64,000 nucleotides of DNA. Origin: Raja brachyura. Taxonomy: Eukaryota. Position 1 is the stretch's first letter; each line of letters begins with the position of its first letter. Where the stretch lies: assembly GCA_963514005.1 (NCBI GenBank), contig OY740803.1, forward strand, positions 29,822,001 to 29,886,000. Reading direction: 5' to 3'. The translations under genes and the position numbers were made by a program. The notes below the pieces were generated by a model. That model saw only the letters and a list, made by a program, of their open reading frames with translations, searched no databases and was not told where the DNA came from. Positions 26,101-41,100 of the stretch are shown here, in pieces.

Positions 26101-29100
26101 TACAAGACATGATTAGTAAGTTTGCAGACACTAAAATAGGAGGTATTGTAAATAGCGAAGTTGGTTTTGTCATAATTTGCAACAGTATCTTGATCTGTTG
26201 GGCAGGTGGGCCAAGGAATGGTTGAAGAAATTTAAAACAGAGAAGTTTGATATGTTGCTATTAGGGATGTCAAACCAGCACAGGGCCTACACAGTAAATG
26301 GCAGGACTCTGGGGAGTGTTGTAGAGCAGAGGGATCTACGGGTGGAGGTACATAGTTCCTTGAAAGTGGCGTCACAATTGGATAGGATGGTCAAGAAGGC
26401 TTTCAGCACATTGACCTTCATCAGTCAGAGTATTGAATATAGAAATTGCAAGGTTATATTACAGTTATACAAGATATTGGTGAGGCCACATTTAGAGGAT
26501 TGTGTTCACCTTGTTATAGGAAAGATGTTCTAAGCAGGAAATGGTGAAGAGAAGATTTGCAAGGATGTTGCCAGGACTTGAGGCCCTGAGCTACATGGGG
26601 AGGTTGAGCAGGCTAGGACTTTGTTCCTTGGAGGGCAGATGAATGAGGGGTGATTTTATAGAGGCGTATAAGATCATGAGAGGAATAAATACTTTTTACC
26701 CAGATTAAGGGAATCATGAACCGGAGGTAATAGGTTTAAGGTGAGGGGGGAAATAGGAACCTGAGAGATAACTTTTTTACACAAAGGGTGGTAGGTAAAT
26801 GAAGCAAGCTACTAGGGGAGGTAGTTGAGGCAGGTACTATCACAACATTTAAGAAATATTTGGACAGGTAGATGGGACATGTTGGTCTATGAATATGGGA
26901 AAAAAACTAGTAAAGTAGAATACTGTTCAAGTAAAGAGAATGCTAGAATATGGTGATGGAGAAAGTATCCTGATACAAGCTTCCCCTGTGATATGATATT
27001 CAGGTAATAAAAATGTACCCTTATAGAATTCACAAATCACTGCCCACAAATTTGAGATTTAGAATAGAATTTGCTCTCACAGAATGCATGTGAGAAAAAA
27101 ACAAATAAACACAATATTATTATTTTTCAATTCATATTTTTAGTGACCAGTGCAGATGACATGGCTTCATGTTACAGAAAATCACAATAGTCTGTTTTCT
27201 GGGAACACAACCTCCCTGCAATGCTGGGATCACCAGCATAGCAAATGTATAAAGTTGACATGGAGGTTCAGCATATAATTAGAAAAACAAAGGGAATGTT
27301 ATTTTTCATTGTCAATGGGATGGAGCATAAAAGTAGGGAAGTCTGGCTAAACTGTACAGGGCACTGTTGAGAATGTCTAGAATACTGAGTACAGCTTGGC
27401 TCTTTTTTAAGGGGGTTATGGCTTCAGAGAGCTGATGGTACTGAAACATAAAATTCTAAAGGTGCTTGTCAAGGTATATGTTGAGCTGTCCGTTTTACTT
27501 GCGCGGGGGGGGGAGGGGTCCATATATATTTGAGGCAGAGTTACTGAATAAAAAGACAACCACTTCAATAAAGAAGAGGAAAATCTTCTCACAGAGAACC
27601 TTCGAGTTCTCTTGAAATTCTCCGCCCTTGAGATCTGCGAAGATTAAATCATTGAATATATTCAAGGTTGAAGTGACAGGTTTTTAGTTTGTCAGGTTGA
27701 CAAAAATTATTTTAAAATATGTAGGAATAAAGTTGAAGATAATATTAGATCAGTTATGATCTTGTTGAATGACAGAGAAGGTTCGATCGGCTGTATGGCT
27801 GACTCCTGTTCCTAGTTCTTATGTTCTTATTTAATGGTACATAATCTGATTACTAAAAATATATATTTTTAAGCATTTCTTCAAAAAAACTAGTCAGAAT
27901 TTAGAAAAGTGAAGCAGAAGGCACCTTGTTAATTGATTATTAAAATTATTTAAATAGACTTCTAAGTTCAAACTACTCAGTAAGCATGGATCCCATGCAT
28001 CTTAATCTTCTGCATCTGCCTACCATGAGGTACCTTGTCAAATGCCTTATTGAAGTCCATGTAGACACCATTCGCTGCCCCAATCTCATCAATCCATTCA
28101 TCACCTCATTGAAAAAGACTATTAGTTTGTAAAAACATAACCTGCTCTGTGCAATGCCATGCTGATTATCCCTAATTATCCCATTCTCTTCCAATCGTGA
28201 GTAAATCCTGTCCCTAACAATCTTCTCCAAAAGCTTCCCTACCTCTAATGTTGGGCGCATGGACCTATAATTTAGTAGATTATTCCTATATTCCTCCTTT
28301 AAGGAATAACTGAAGTCACTATCCTCCATGCCTTTTTCTTTGGTGAATACCAATGCAAATTACTCATTTAGTACTTCGCCTCTATCCAACAGTATTGACC
28401 AGAACAAACCGTTTGGGAGAAAATCTCTTTATATAGTAATGGTGATGGGTATGGTGTGTATGTGGTTGTTCATAGACTGCTTTATGTAACTATATTTCAT
28501 TTTCATGCTTCCTAGAGCAATGAAATGTAGCCCTCTTTGTATTCATTGAAGGGCTTGACCTAAGACCCAATTGGCAATGTTTTTGCTAACGTGCAAGATG
28601 TTGATCTATTTGAATTACAAACTTGCTTTGGATTTTAGGAACAATTTACTACCTTTGGGCCAACCTATGGACTTGGTGAGAGCAGAGTTAGCAGTTATAT
28701 CAATGCTTGAATATAAAACATTAACTTCATTTTTTTATTGCTCCCTGAACATGTTAAGCGCCCTGAGGCTCTTCACAGGAGCTATTACTTGTTTTGGTAA
28801 AAGTGGTGCGCAGATGGTGACAGTATTGCTCTGTGGGGCTGCCAATCTCACACAAGCGAGATCTGGAATTATCATTTAAAACCATTTCTCAAGGAGAGAA
28901 TATTCTTTTGGCAGCAGACTTCTAGCAACCATATGTTCTTGATTATATTTTTCACATTTTGAAATATCACTGCTCCAACTAAACCTACAATAATAGTCTG
29001 GATGCACCATTCTACATATCAGTGACGCCACGCCATAAAGACTGACAGGAAGCACATTGAGAGATGTTCGTGCTTTCCGATATAGTTCATTATAGCCTTC

Positions 29101-32100
29101 GTCCAGCTGTAAAAGTTACTTGGATCTAAAACTGACCCTTACAATCACTTGAAAGCAATATCAAAAAGTTGCATTCTTGATCGTCATGTAATCTGCATTC
29201 ACACATTTGTTTGGAAGGAATACCAAACCCATGTTATGAGGTTATAGGTTATACCAAACCCACGCAAGTACATCCCATTTATCCAGACAAAATCTAGAAA
29301 TGTGCAGTCCAAGCAACTAGGCACTGGCTTCATAAAGCTGTTGTTTAATGAAAGCCTTGCAGCAGCACTGGCCGCAAGAATGGAATGTCTAGTGCTGATC
29401 AAGAAGCACATCTCTGGAGCGTTCCAACATAGACATTTTCTGGGTCATCTGTTTATCCAGCATGCAGGTCAATGACGGATCTTCATGATCCTGAGATGTA
29501 TTATCAGTGGAAATTAGTCAAATTTATTGAAGATGTTAGGTTTAATCTTGATTTTGTGCAATGTTAGCTACCAACCCTCTGTCATTCATTTTGCACAATC
29601 TTGCACGCAAGATCTTTCACATTGAGCCTTTAAATCTAGAGGATTTAATTAATATTATGTTTGGCATTTGCATGTTAACTTGAAATTATTTTAATCATGC
29701 TGTGTGTTCCCCATTTAAATGTAGTGGCTGAGTACTGACGTTTATTCCTGTTTCTGATTAGATCGCTTCCTTAGTAAAGTGAGTATGATAAATACTGTAA
29801 AAACAGTCACTTTACCAGGTGTTCGGTCAGTGCAATCAATGACAGTGTAAAATGGGTGATACATATCACCCCAAGATTTACGCCAGTCAGTCTTGTACTG
29901 CACCATTTTAAATGGAATTAACCCAGGGATAGTTAAATCAAGTTTTTTTTACTCCATTAGATATTTGTAACTCCCCGATACAGAATGTTATCAAACATTA
30001 ATAATTCCAAAATTCATGAAATTACAAAATTAATGACTGAAAGTAAGACAATTTAATATTCTGTGGAATATTTCTTCAAAAATTGGAATAGTGCAGTATT
30101 TGAAACCCCGAGGAAGTAGAAGTGTTTCCAGCACACAATTTAGGAGAGTGAAGACAAAATCCCCTGAAAAACAATTGAATGGTGCAAAGAGTATGGGGCA
30201 GCTTGTCATTCTCTATTAAATGTCAAGGCTAAATCAAGCAACAAAATTGCCATCTCCTCTCCCTGTCTGCCTCATTTCAAAATTTGTGTGCTCCATTCTA
30301 GTAAATATGACATTAATTTATGCAGAAATTGTGATTGGTAGAAAGTTCAAATAACAATGTGCTACAACGATGTTTAAAGATCATTTGTGTACTGCAGCTC
30401 TGTGTTAATTCATGATTTTTTTCAAATCATAAATGATTTTTTTAAATGTCTTCCACAGATATTGACTCAAGAAGATTGGAACAAGGTCCTCTATAATGGG
30501 ATGGCCTCCACCTCTCCATGGGCTGCTTTATACTTCATTGCCCTCATGACATTTGGGAATTATGTTCTCTTTAACTTGTTAGTTGCCATTTTGGTGGAAG
30601 GATTTCAGACTGAGGTAAAATACAAGTAATAACTCTTTGAGTGATGCATGACAGTTAGTATTGCATTGTGCAATGTAGCTTAAGGCTGTATGTGATTGGT
30701 GATAGTATTTCCTAAAGATCACTGCCATTCTCAGCTCCCTGATAAATATGCAGCACGTCAGAAAATTATATTTGGGTCCGTTGTCACCTCACACAATAAC
30801 ATAGGAGTCAACGAAAGCCTTTGAATTTAGGGATCCCTGACAGTTTTTCCAATCACTATTGTATTTGCTGCCATTCAATTTAAAATAAATGTAAAATATT
30901 TTTTAACAAATATAGTAAAATGTCCATTTGCATTCTAATATGTTTCTCTGCTTAAAATAGATTTATAAAGTGTCTATTGACAAATTTATTATTTATTCAA
31001 TACCCATTCTAATGAGGCTATAAAAACATAAATAATAAATGTAAAGCTATCGCCATGATTTACTGTGACAATTCATTAAAATTTGAGTCAGATCTTGCTG
31101 TAAAATGTTGGTGGTTACATTTAACACTGGACAGCACTGTGGTGCAGCTGTAAGAGCTGCTCCTTCTCAGCTCCAGTGACCCAGGTTCAATTTGACCTTG
31201 GGTGCTGCCTGTGTGGAGTTTGCATGTTCTCCCTGTGACTGCATGAGTTTCCTCCGAGAGCACCGTTTTCCTCTCTCATCCCAAAAATGTGTTTGCTGGT
31301 AAGTGAATTGGTTACTGTAAATTGCTCCTGGTGTGCAAGTAAATATTAGAATGTGAGGAGTTTTTTTTGGGAAACGATTGAAATAAAATAGGATTCATGT
31401 AAATGGATCCGTGGGGATTCAGTGGGCTAAAGAGTCTATTTCCACACTGTTTGGCTCTATAACTTTGGGGCATGAATATCTGAACATACAAGCCTCAGAC
31501 TTGATGAGACATTTGAACCAGCAAAACAGAAATGCAAGGTGAACTTGCTGAAAATCCCCAAATAGCTTCACCCGGCAAGCTTAGCGCCTTGGATTTGAAA
31601 CAGGTGAATGTGCGACAGTTGCAGAATCCAAGCGGCAAGTAAAGCAAGCGAGTCCCTCTCAGCAAAGTCGGTCTTGTAACACGAAATAGCATAATAAAGT
31701 GGTATTTAATGAAACCCCGCAGTGATATCCAACAAAATTAAAATAGGCTCACTGATGCACAGCGAATCTGCCACAGTCTATACTTATTAGGTGAGTCTGT
31801 CAGTAAAATAAAGGATCTGACAATGTAACCTGATGAATTGAGTTTGTTAATTTGAAGTTAATTCTTTGCTGCAGTTGTTCGAGGGCAACTGTATATTGGC
31901 TTTGCTGCATTATTCTAAATTTTTTGAAAATATATTTCTACAATTAGTCATATTTTTCAATATTGTTATTTATGCTTTAAAACTTCTGCTTCAAAGTTAT
32001 CTGGGACCAAATGTTTACATAGGATGATTCCCTTCAATTACATCTCAATTTGTGCTCTCAGAAAACATGTGAACCATGGGCCGAACAAAAAAGTCCAAGC

Positions 32101-35100
32101 TTTTTGCAATTGAAAGCTTCAACAACAGTTAGCACATGGTCTAATCTTCCTTTTCCTATGTGATTGTTGGACAATGCAGATGAATATGTTCTCCCTCTGA
32201 ATATATATGTTGGTAGTTCAGACTACAAACCAAAACTAGCTTTAACTTACAAGTTAATATTGTATGATTTTCCTCCAATCCCTAAATGATATTTTTTTAA
32301 TGCTTCGTGAAACAAGAATTTGCAAGTATCTTATGTAATTATTATTGTCTAATGTAAGTTCATTGCTAAGGCCATTCCAAAATTGCTGATCGGTTTCTCA
32401 CTTATTGATGGTTGGTCTTCATTAGGGCACCCAAGATGCAGACGTACTATATTATGCCTAATAGCTATGTGTTTTGTGCTCCAGTAATATCTTAATTTGG
32501 AAAAATTACAAATCAATCTATTATCCTTTCAGTTATGTAGCAATGTTGGCATTTCCTGTACTTTTAAAATAAGGTTATCAATGTTGGTGTTCATATCCAT
32601 TTTGCAATTTGTTTGTACTGTGAAAAGGCAGGCTTAAAATTAGCTGATTTGGTGACATTAACAGAGACTAACCCGACAGCCTCTTTAGGCATGACTGCAG
32701 TCTGCCGTATCAGATCACATCAATTTAAATACTTTGCATTATCAGGCAACTTTCTTGTTTTGACTGGTCTATTTCTTTTAAGTGTTTCATTTAAATTTAG
32801 ATTAACGGTGGGAATGTTTGTATTGGATGAGAATATTTTTTATTTCAAATGTGCCTTTCCGTGGAATTCCTCCTTTTTAAAAGTTAAACAGAAAATGTGA
32901 AAATACTCAGCAGATATTGTAGCAACTGCAGAGAGAGAGAGAGAGAGAGAGAAACAGTTAATGTATCAAGCCTTTCACTGGCCTAATAATTAAAAGCATT
33001 AATTATTTTTCTCCCAGTACAGATGCTGCCTGAAGTTCTGAGTATTTCATATAGTTTCTGCATTATATCAAACTTCTGGAAACTGCTATATTTTGCTTTT
33101 GTATATATTCTTTCATTCTGGTTCTTTCCGAGAGCAACGCTAAAGCGATAGGGAGAGTTTGGGAGAAGTATGAAATGGTAGAAAAATTAAGTTATCACTT
33201 ATCATGACGTCAATACTAGATAGAGGAAATGCATTTTGAAAGGAAAAATAACGAGGAAAATAAAATCAATAACACAATTTTATAGGGAGTGCAGGAACTG
33301 AAATTCTAGGTTTTTCAATGGCATACATGATTGAAATTGAACGAATAAAATTGATAACATTTTTTTTGAAGAGCTTGCTTTATAATAAAACTAATGAGCA
33401 CAAAAGCAAAGCAATTTAAACTAAACCTTTCAGAATCATTATTTAAACATCAACTGGCATCTTATGCCCAATTGTAAGACTGACAAGAGAAAGGACTTTG
33501 AGTCCAGAAAGTGATAACCAGAGTGGTCCAGGAAAGAGGAGTTTTAGCATCTTTATCCTGAGAAGCTGACAATGTTGGACAGGAGGTTATTGAGATATCT
33601 AGTTACTTTATTCCAAACTGTATCTGATTGCAAAAGTTTGGATAAGTAAAAACTGATGCCTTTCCAAAGGAGACATCTAAAAGAATTAGCAAAATAGCCT
33701 GGGAGAAATTTTTTTGCATTGCATGCTTTCATAAACTGTCTGGAAGAATAGTCGAGGCAAATTCAGTAATAACTTCTTGAACATTGGTGAATGACATTTT
33801 CGTCCACCTATTAGTAACAAATCATTATTAATTAAAAAAATATATATTCAAACATGCTTATCATTTCCAACCTGTAGAATTAACCAAACTAAATCATCTA
33901 TTTAATGTAATATGTTTTCTGTGCATTTCCTTTTAGAATATCAGCAAGTGGATGTTGAGATTGATGTGATCTAATGGGCAATGACTGTGCAGAAATGCAT
34001 ACAAGTGAATGCATTGGATCCATGAACTAATTCATTTCAGGGAATATATAAAATAAATGGAGCCGCATGGTTCAAACCAAGATCCCCAGAACTGAAAAAT
34101 GGCCCCAAAATCACTTCCCTGCATCAATTGCTGCATTTCGGAACATACATTATATATATATTGCTTAGACCCTTCAGAACTAACTTCAATTTATCTCCAA
34201 TATGTCAATGGGATGGTGCCCATTAAAACCTATACCCATTGCATTTTATTCCATGCCATTAAGCTGGTATACTATCCATTCATGTGGTTTCTAAAATCGA
34301 AGCTGGAGGTTCACTTGATGTTTTCTAAACTTGCTAGCAATCCCAACATACGATTTTCAAAGGGTAATTTTGCCTCCTCTTGGCATGAATAATTTTGGTA
34401 TATGTTTGAAGGCTTTATCTCGCCATCATTTACACCTCATTGATGTTACATACAGTATGTTAGGCGCACTATAGCATTTCTTATCTAACAATAGTACAGT
34501 ATTCTGCACTTTAACCTACATGAATTTGTCTGATGTCAGAAGAATGTTGATAGTAAAACAGGATTTAGCCAATTGCATTTGCCTTATTGAAAATGGACAT
34601 ATTAGTTATGAATTCAATCAGTAAAATAGTAAGCGTTTTAACATTGTTCCACGTCACCTGTACATTAAGTTGCACCTGAATAACCAATGTTATCGAACAT
34701 TGCCTGAGGCACTGCTCAACCAATTAAAAAAAGAAGGCAATTTCATCCAAAATATTTATTCAGAGCTATAAGAAATGGTTCTTGATGAATATCAAGGAGC
34801 CACTGTTTTTTTGGTGACTGTTACACTATGTTAGATTTGCACACCTTGTCAAAGATTTGTCTGATCTCCATTGAGAGTTCTTGAGCAAATTGACTCTATT
34901 CTGTATTTATTCCTCCAACTTACCAGTGATTTTCAGCACATAAACACATTTTGGTACTTTCATTACATGCTTTTGCTAATAATAGTGGTTGCTAGGCAAC
35001 AGTAATAATTTGCAAGTGAGACCATTTTATAAAATATGCTTTGGCTGCTGAAATGTGTTTGGGGTATCTTTTTGCATGATGTTTGTGGAGGGTTTACATG

Positions 35101-38100
35101 GAACTTGGTGTTTGGAGCTTATTTGTCTCTTTACTGCTTAAACAGATTATGTAATGTGACTGTATGAAGTTGCTGGCTATTTGCATGTTCATACAATAAG
35201 TAAGAATCACATGACTAATTTACAGGTTGAAATTTCTTGGATGTCTCTTCGAAATTTAATCATGTACCATTGACAATACTACCCATGAGCCTAAGTGTCA
35301 TCTTGTCAGAAATTTCGCCATGTTGTCTGATCATAATACTGTATGTGGAGAAAAGACGTCTACTTTATTCCTATCATCCTATACATTACTTCATGCCCAT
35401 ACTGTCACTGTCTCTTTTCAAAATATATTGTCCATATTGTCATTCTGTTCTCAAACCACACCTGCTACTTATCACTTTCTCTCTATGTTTTCAACTATTG
35501 ATTCCTATTTTCTGCCAAGTGGTGTACATGTGCAATTAGTAGTTATTGCTGACTGCACCTCACAATGTTAGGTCTGTTTTCTCTTTTTCTTTGTAGTTAA
35601 TTGTAATTTCCCACCAGGCAGCAGGCGCTTTTCCTTCAGCATCTCTACCTTATCACTATTTTGTATTAATGACATAACCTTCAGAGATACTGTACATGGA
35701 TGCAAATGATGCTGTGTCATGAGTTATTAGGGTTCAATATATTCACCAATTAATATTTATATTATCTATTTCCTCAACTGTTCTATATTTGTAGAATAAT
35801 TTCTCAGATGATAACAATGATACATTCTGTACCACTTTATGATATTACAATACAGATAAATAAATTTGATTGTAGTTGCAGAGGAATCTCCATAAATACT
35901 GTTGGGATTAACCAGTAGATTTTTCATTAGAAATGCTTCTTTACATCAATCAGATAGACTCCTGAGAATTTCAGATATTAATTCACTCATCAATATCCTT
36001 TTCTGAAATCTGAAATCTCCTCGAACTGCCCATTCTTGACTTAGTTTAGGATACTTGAGATCACCTTGTATTTCAGTCATCAGATGCCCGTAGTGAGGTA
36101 GAGAGCCAGATACTTACTCCCAGATGTAAATTTTTTTTCTCACTCGTATTTCCCTCTTAAATGAAAATGGTGTTAAATAGGGCCAGACTAATGCCAATCC
36201 AGTGCTGTGGACTTCATTAGAATTGGTTTGTGAGCTTATTGCATACAAAAAATAATGATGCTACGGTTTCGGAAGTAAAGTCAAGAACTACCTAAACAGG
36301 CTGCTACTTTAACAAATGACACATCATTGTTGGCAGCATGCCTCTGAGTCAAAGAACTAACTTAAAAGAAGGGAAAATTCTATCTTGCCACACATATATA
36401 TTGATTTTGATTTAAATTCAGCTTTAGAAAGATGAGTTTATCAAAATAATAATTATCATTTTGTTTCTGAAGGAAGCTAATATTTATTAAGAGCTGTTAG
36501 ATCAAATAGGTGGCAATAATAAGGCAAATCACTGGATTTGTGAATGTGATATCACCTGTAATATGGAGATTGGTTATCCAGGTATTATTATGTTATGTTT
36601 TGCCTGTGTTGTGATTAATTGTGGACTTATCCTAACCTCAGTACAAATAATTAGAAAAAAATCATAAATTTTTTGAACTTTTTTCCCTTCAATTAACTGT
36701 GCTTTCTGTTTCCAAAGTGTCTGAAATATTTAAGTTGAATGTATTTCAGTCACCTCAATATCGACACCATGTTTGTTTCACTTCAGGAGGTCCCGAAGCG
36801 GGAGGATGCGAGTGGGCAGTTAAGCTGTATTCAGCTGCCTGTCGACTCGTCTGGGGTACGTAACTGTTCACCGTGAATTCACAGCTGAGACTTTTTTTTT
36901 TAAATGAACCAGCACAGAGGGAGAAGAGTTGCCAGCCTTTGAACTGTTTTTTAAAAAACAATTGTGTCTGCCTCCTTTCTGATTTTTTTCTCTTTTCAAT
37001 GATCCCTTAATTGGTCTGACAGAACTTTTTTTATCATTTCATCTGACATTGCATCCAAACAAAGATTGATTGAAGACTGAACCCTTTGTTTCTTTTTGTT
37101 TTCAAGTCAAGAAAGTTTATTGTCATATGTCCCAAATAGGACAATGAAATTCTTACTTTAGGCTGACTTAGGTATTTACTTTTTCTAGTTGAATCTTTTG
37201 TGATTTGAATTTGATTTAAATATACAGTTATTAACAATGACACAAAAATGGCATGTTATATTTTTTATAGTGTTTTCAAACTTAACTGTGATGGCCACCC
37301 TAAAGATAAATCATCACCAGCAATGGTTTAGTGGATTAAGCCGGGATTTGGTTGATTACATTTGAAGACATGTTGCATTAATTTTGTACTCCTTGGGTAC
37401 AAAAAAAAATGTGATTGAATCCGAATTAAGTTACTTTAAATTTTGAATTTATGTAATAAGATGAATGCAGCAATTTTGTTTTTGCTGGTTGGTCAGGGGA
37501 ATAGAATGTTAATTCCATAGCTCGGCCATTTTGATGGGGAAGAAAGGTTTCAGTGGATATTCCACAAAATAGGTCCATTCGAGGCTAAGACCAATAGAGT
37601 TCCTTGGGCCAGAGTATCAAAAAGTCTAGGCAGGTAAAAAAAATAGAAGTGATAAATCAACCATGATCGATTTGAATGTCGGGGCTGATTTAGAATCCGA
37701 ACAGACTCCTCGTTTTGGAGTAAAGGAGTTCTACCCTTGGCAGGGTATTTGATGCCATAAGACAAGGTTGAATAGATATGTAACAAAGATAATGGAAAAA
37801 CATATTGTACTGGAGGATCAAAAGGCAAATCTTTTTTTACCACAATCTAAAACATGCTTAATGTGCCAGAGTTCACAATTAGATGAAGGGCAAAGTGCCC
37901 TTTATACTATACCAATAATATGTGCAACTACATTACTGTAGCATTCTCCATACTCGTCACTCTGTGGAAGCAAAATTGTGTCAGTGACTGATAAATTCCA
38001 GTTGTGGGCCAACACCCATTGTGTTTATGATTTGCGTGATTGGCAATCATTTCATGTCTCAAATTCAGTTGCAGAAAAATACTATACACGAGGGGGTAGT

Positions 38101-41100
38101 TCATTTAGCGATGTTACTTAGATTGCATTCAGGGATTTTGGACAAATGGAAAATGTTGAACTCTCGTTGTTAAATTTCTTGCATTACTTTCATCAAAGTT
38201 TGGTGATTCAAATTTCTGATTTGAGTGATGCTAACATAGCCAGTGTTTTGACATTGGACTGAATGAGATCTGGAATGGGTTAGTCACTCCCAGTGAGAAC
38301 AGTATGTGGCTTTGTATTATGTTATTCTCAGTTCCCATGCAGAATGACAGAAAATCAGTACAATAATCCATTCAGCAGGAGTTGAATTTACTGCTGACTG
38401 CGTTGAGTCACGTCTATCCTTATTCCAGTTTATAGCTCATCTGTGTTTTTGAAAACCCGGGTAGTCAAGCGGAGGTGTTGAATGATGATAACTGAAAATA
38501 AGTTTAAATATATGAATGTTACGAAAGGATTTGAGAAGGCTGAGAAGATATTGGTTTAAAAGAGGCCATAAGTCCAATAAAAGAGGCCATAAGTGCATTA
38601 AATTCAGCAAGAATTCAGGAGAAATATCTTTATCCTGAGTGGGCATAATGTGGAACTTGCTACCGCATTGAGTGGTTGGAATAGTGCAGGTGCTTTTTTT
38701 TTAAAGTTATATAAACACAGGAAGAAAATGGTGTGCAAAAAAAGGTTAGATGAAATAGGCAGAGGCAATACGAATTTGTAGCATAAGCATCTGCAAAGAC
38801 CAAGGTAAATGTTTAGAATGCTGGAGATTCTCAGCAGGTTAGGCAGCTTCTACAGAGAGAGCAACTGAGGTATGTTTCAGCTTGAGGACCATTCATCAGA
38901 ACCACAAAGTCCAGTCTGGCTGAATGGCTCATTTGTAAATTGCTAATTTGTTGTGATATGAAGTAACATATCCTTCTCAATATGCAAAATAGCTCAAGTA
39001 CTTGCGATGAACCTTTGCATGAAGTTGCTGTTGCCACTTAATGAATAGAGTCATTATTCACACACCTTTCCTCCCTGACATAAAACTGAGGGGTTCGATG
39101 CCACACCCTCTCTCCAGCACACCAGTGCCCCACTGCTGAATCAATGCTGGATCTTCTGGCATCAGAGTTCAGGCTCAGGCTTCATCTGTGACTGAGCATG
39201 TGTCACTGAAGTTTGAATGGCAGACATCTAGCAGTTCTCCACAAAATTACCAATAGTCAACCAGCTCAGTCAGACCCAGTGACTCAGTCTCACTGAAACA
39301 CGGCACCTTATTCAACCGAGAATGTCCACCACCAACAACTCAGTTTAAACAGTGCCTCTGTCAGTCTACTGCAGTGAACCCAATCATCTTGCCTATAATT
39401 TAGTTTTCTCTAGGATCAGATCTACCCCACTGATCTATTGGCTGCCTCCCATCCTTCACCTCCCATATACAATACTTAACTTTAAGCAAAAACCTTTCAG
39501 CCACTTCAAAAATTATACCACTTCAGAAACATTCTGTCCATTACATACAACCATCATCTTGACTTGCCAACCCATGAAATCTCTATTTTCCCCAATCCTT
39601 CAGAATTATAATGTATTTCAATTATTTCTGAGTCTTGTCCCTCAGTCTCTCTGTATCTCCTCTGGCTTAATCAAATCCTCAGTATACTGTAAACATCTGA
39701 ATCTGATATGTATTACTATCTCCCCTTTTACACTTTTAGCAGCTAATCAGTTACCAACGAATGCTCCGGGTCCTTGAATTCCCTCCAATACTTTCTGCCT
39801 CTCCATTCTCTCTTCCTTTAAGATATGCCTTAAACCCCAATAATTTGACCAAACTATTAGTTCTCATTCTATATGTTATCTTTTTCTTTCACTCCATCTT
39901 GGTTGGATTGCTCCTCTGAGAAATGGCCTGCAGCAATTTTCTACAATGAAAGGGCAGTGTGAGAGCATTCTTTTTTTTGTTGAGCAATTCAAATTAATAA
40001 TAAAGATGATCAAGTTGATGTGAGAAAGCAGAATACTCTGAAATAAGCTTAAGCTGAAAGGAAATAGGTGAGCCCTGTGAAGGAATTTGTAAAATAACTT
40101 ATGAAGGCAGTTTTTGTGTTTGCAAACAAACATTAAGTATTGACTGTAATTGGTCGACAAGAGAGATTAATTTGAACAGTAGTCTTGTCTGGACTTTACG
40201 TTTTCTCTTCCTAATCCTTCGAACTGATGCCACACTTCTTTGAACTCTCCAGATGTCTTCCCCCCTCCACGGCTTCTATATTATCAGACTACTTGGCGAA
40301 AATTAAATTCTGAATATGAAGCTTTTTATTTATAAACGCTTTAATGTCCAAAAGGATGCATTTGAATTGTAAAGCTAATTTTAGATTTATATCTCTGATG
40401 TTTGAGTCTTTGTTTTCCAGCTGCCATTGTGTCTGAGATGGGCTTCCCTGTGTTGTCTTATATTAATGATATTTATTTCACTATTTAACATCAAACTGAC
40501 AAAACTTACAAAACACTTACAAAATTCCTAAGGGGTTGGACAGGCTAGACGCAGGAAGATTGTTCCCGATGTTGGGGAGGTCCAGAACAAGGGGTCACAG
40601 TCTAAGGATAAGGGGGAATTCCCTTAGGACCGAGATGAGGAAAACATTTTTCACACAGAGAGTGGTGAGTCTCTGGAATTCCCTGCCACAGAAGGTAGTT
40701 GAGGCCAGTTCATTGGCTATATTTAAGAGGGAGTTAGATGTGGCCCTTGTGGCTAAAGGGATCAGGGGGCATGGAGAGAAGGCAGGTACAGGATATTGAG
40801 TTGGATGATCAGCCATGATCATATTGAATGGCGGTGCAGGCTCGAAGGGCCTAATGGCCTACTCCTGCACTTATTTTCTATGTTTCTCTGTTTCTATGTA
40901 TGTTCTCTTCTCGAATATAGGTTGGATATGTAGCAAAGTCACTTTCCTCACAAAACTTCCAATTTAACCAAGCGGTTGGCGTCATTTTCAAGATGGCACC
41001 GTGAAGATAGTCATCACAGTTTTGACCAAAAGTCATGCTGACAAATCTCCTTGATTTATTTCAACATGTTAATGGATAGATTTCGACTTAACAGTGCATT

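Noticed and set aside
33915-33955. Possible microexon after ttccttttag
   Set aside because: The following GT (gtggat) is a poor donor and the 11-nt length breaks the frame.
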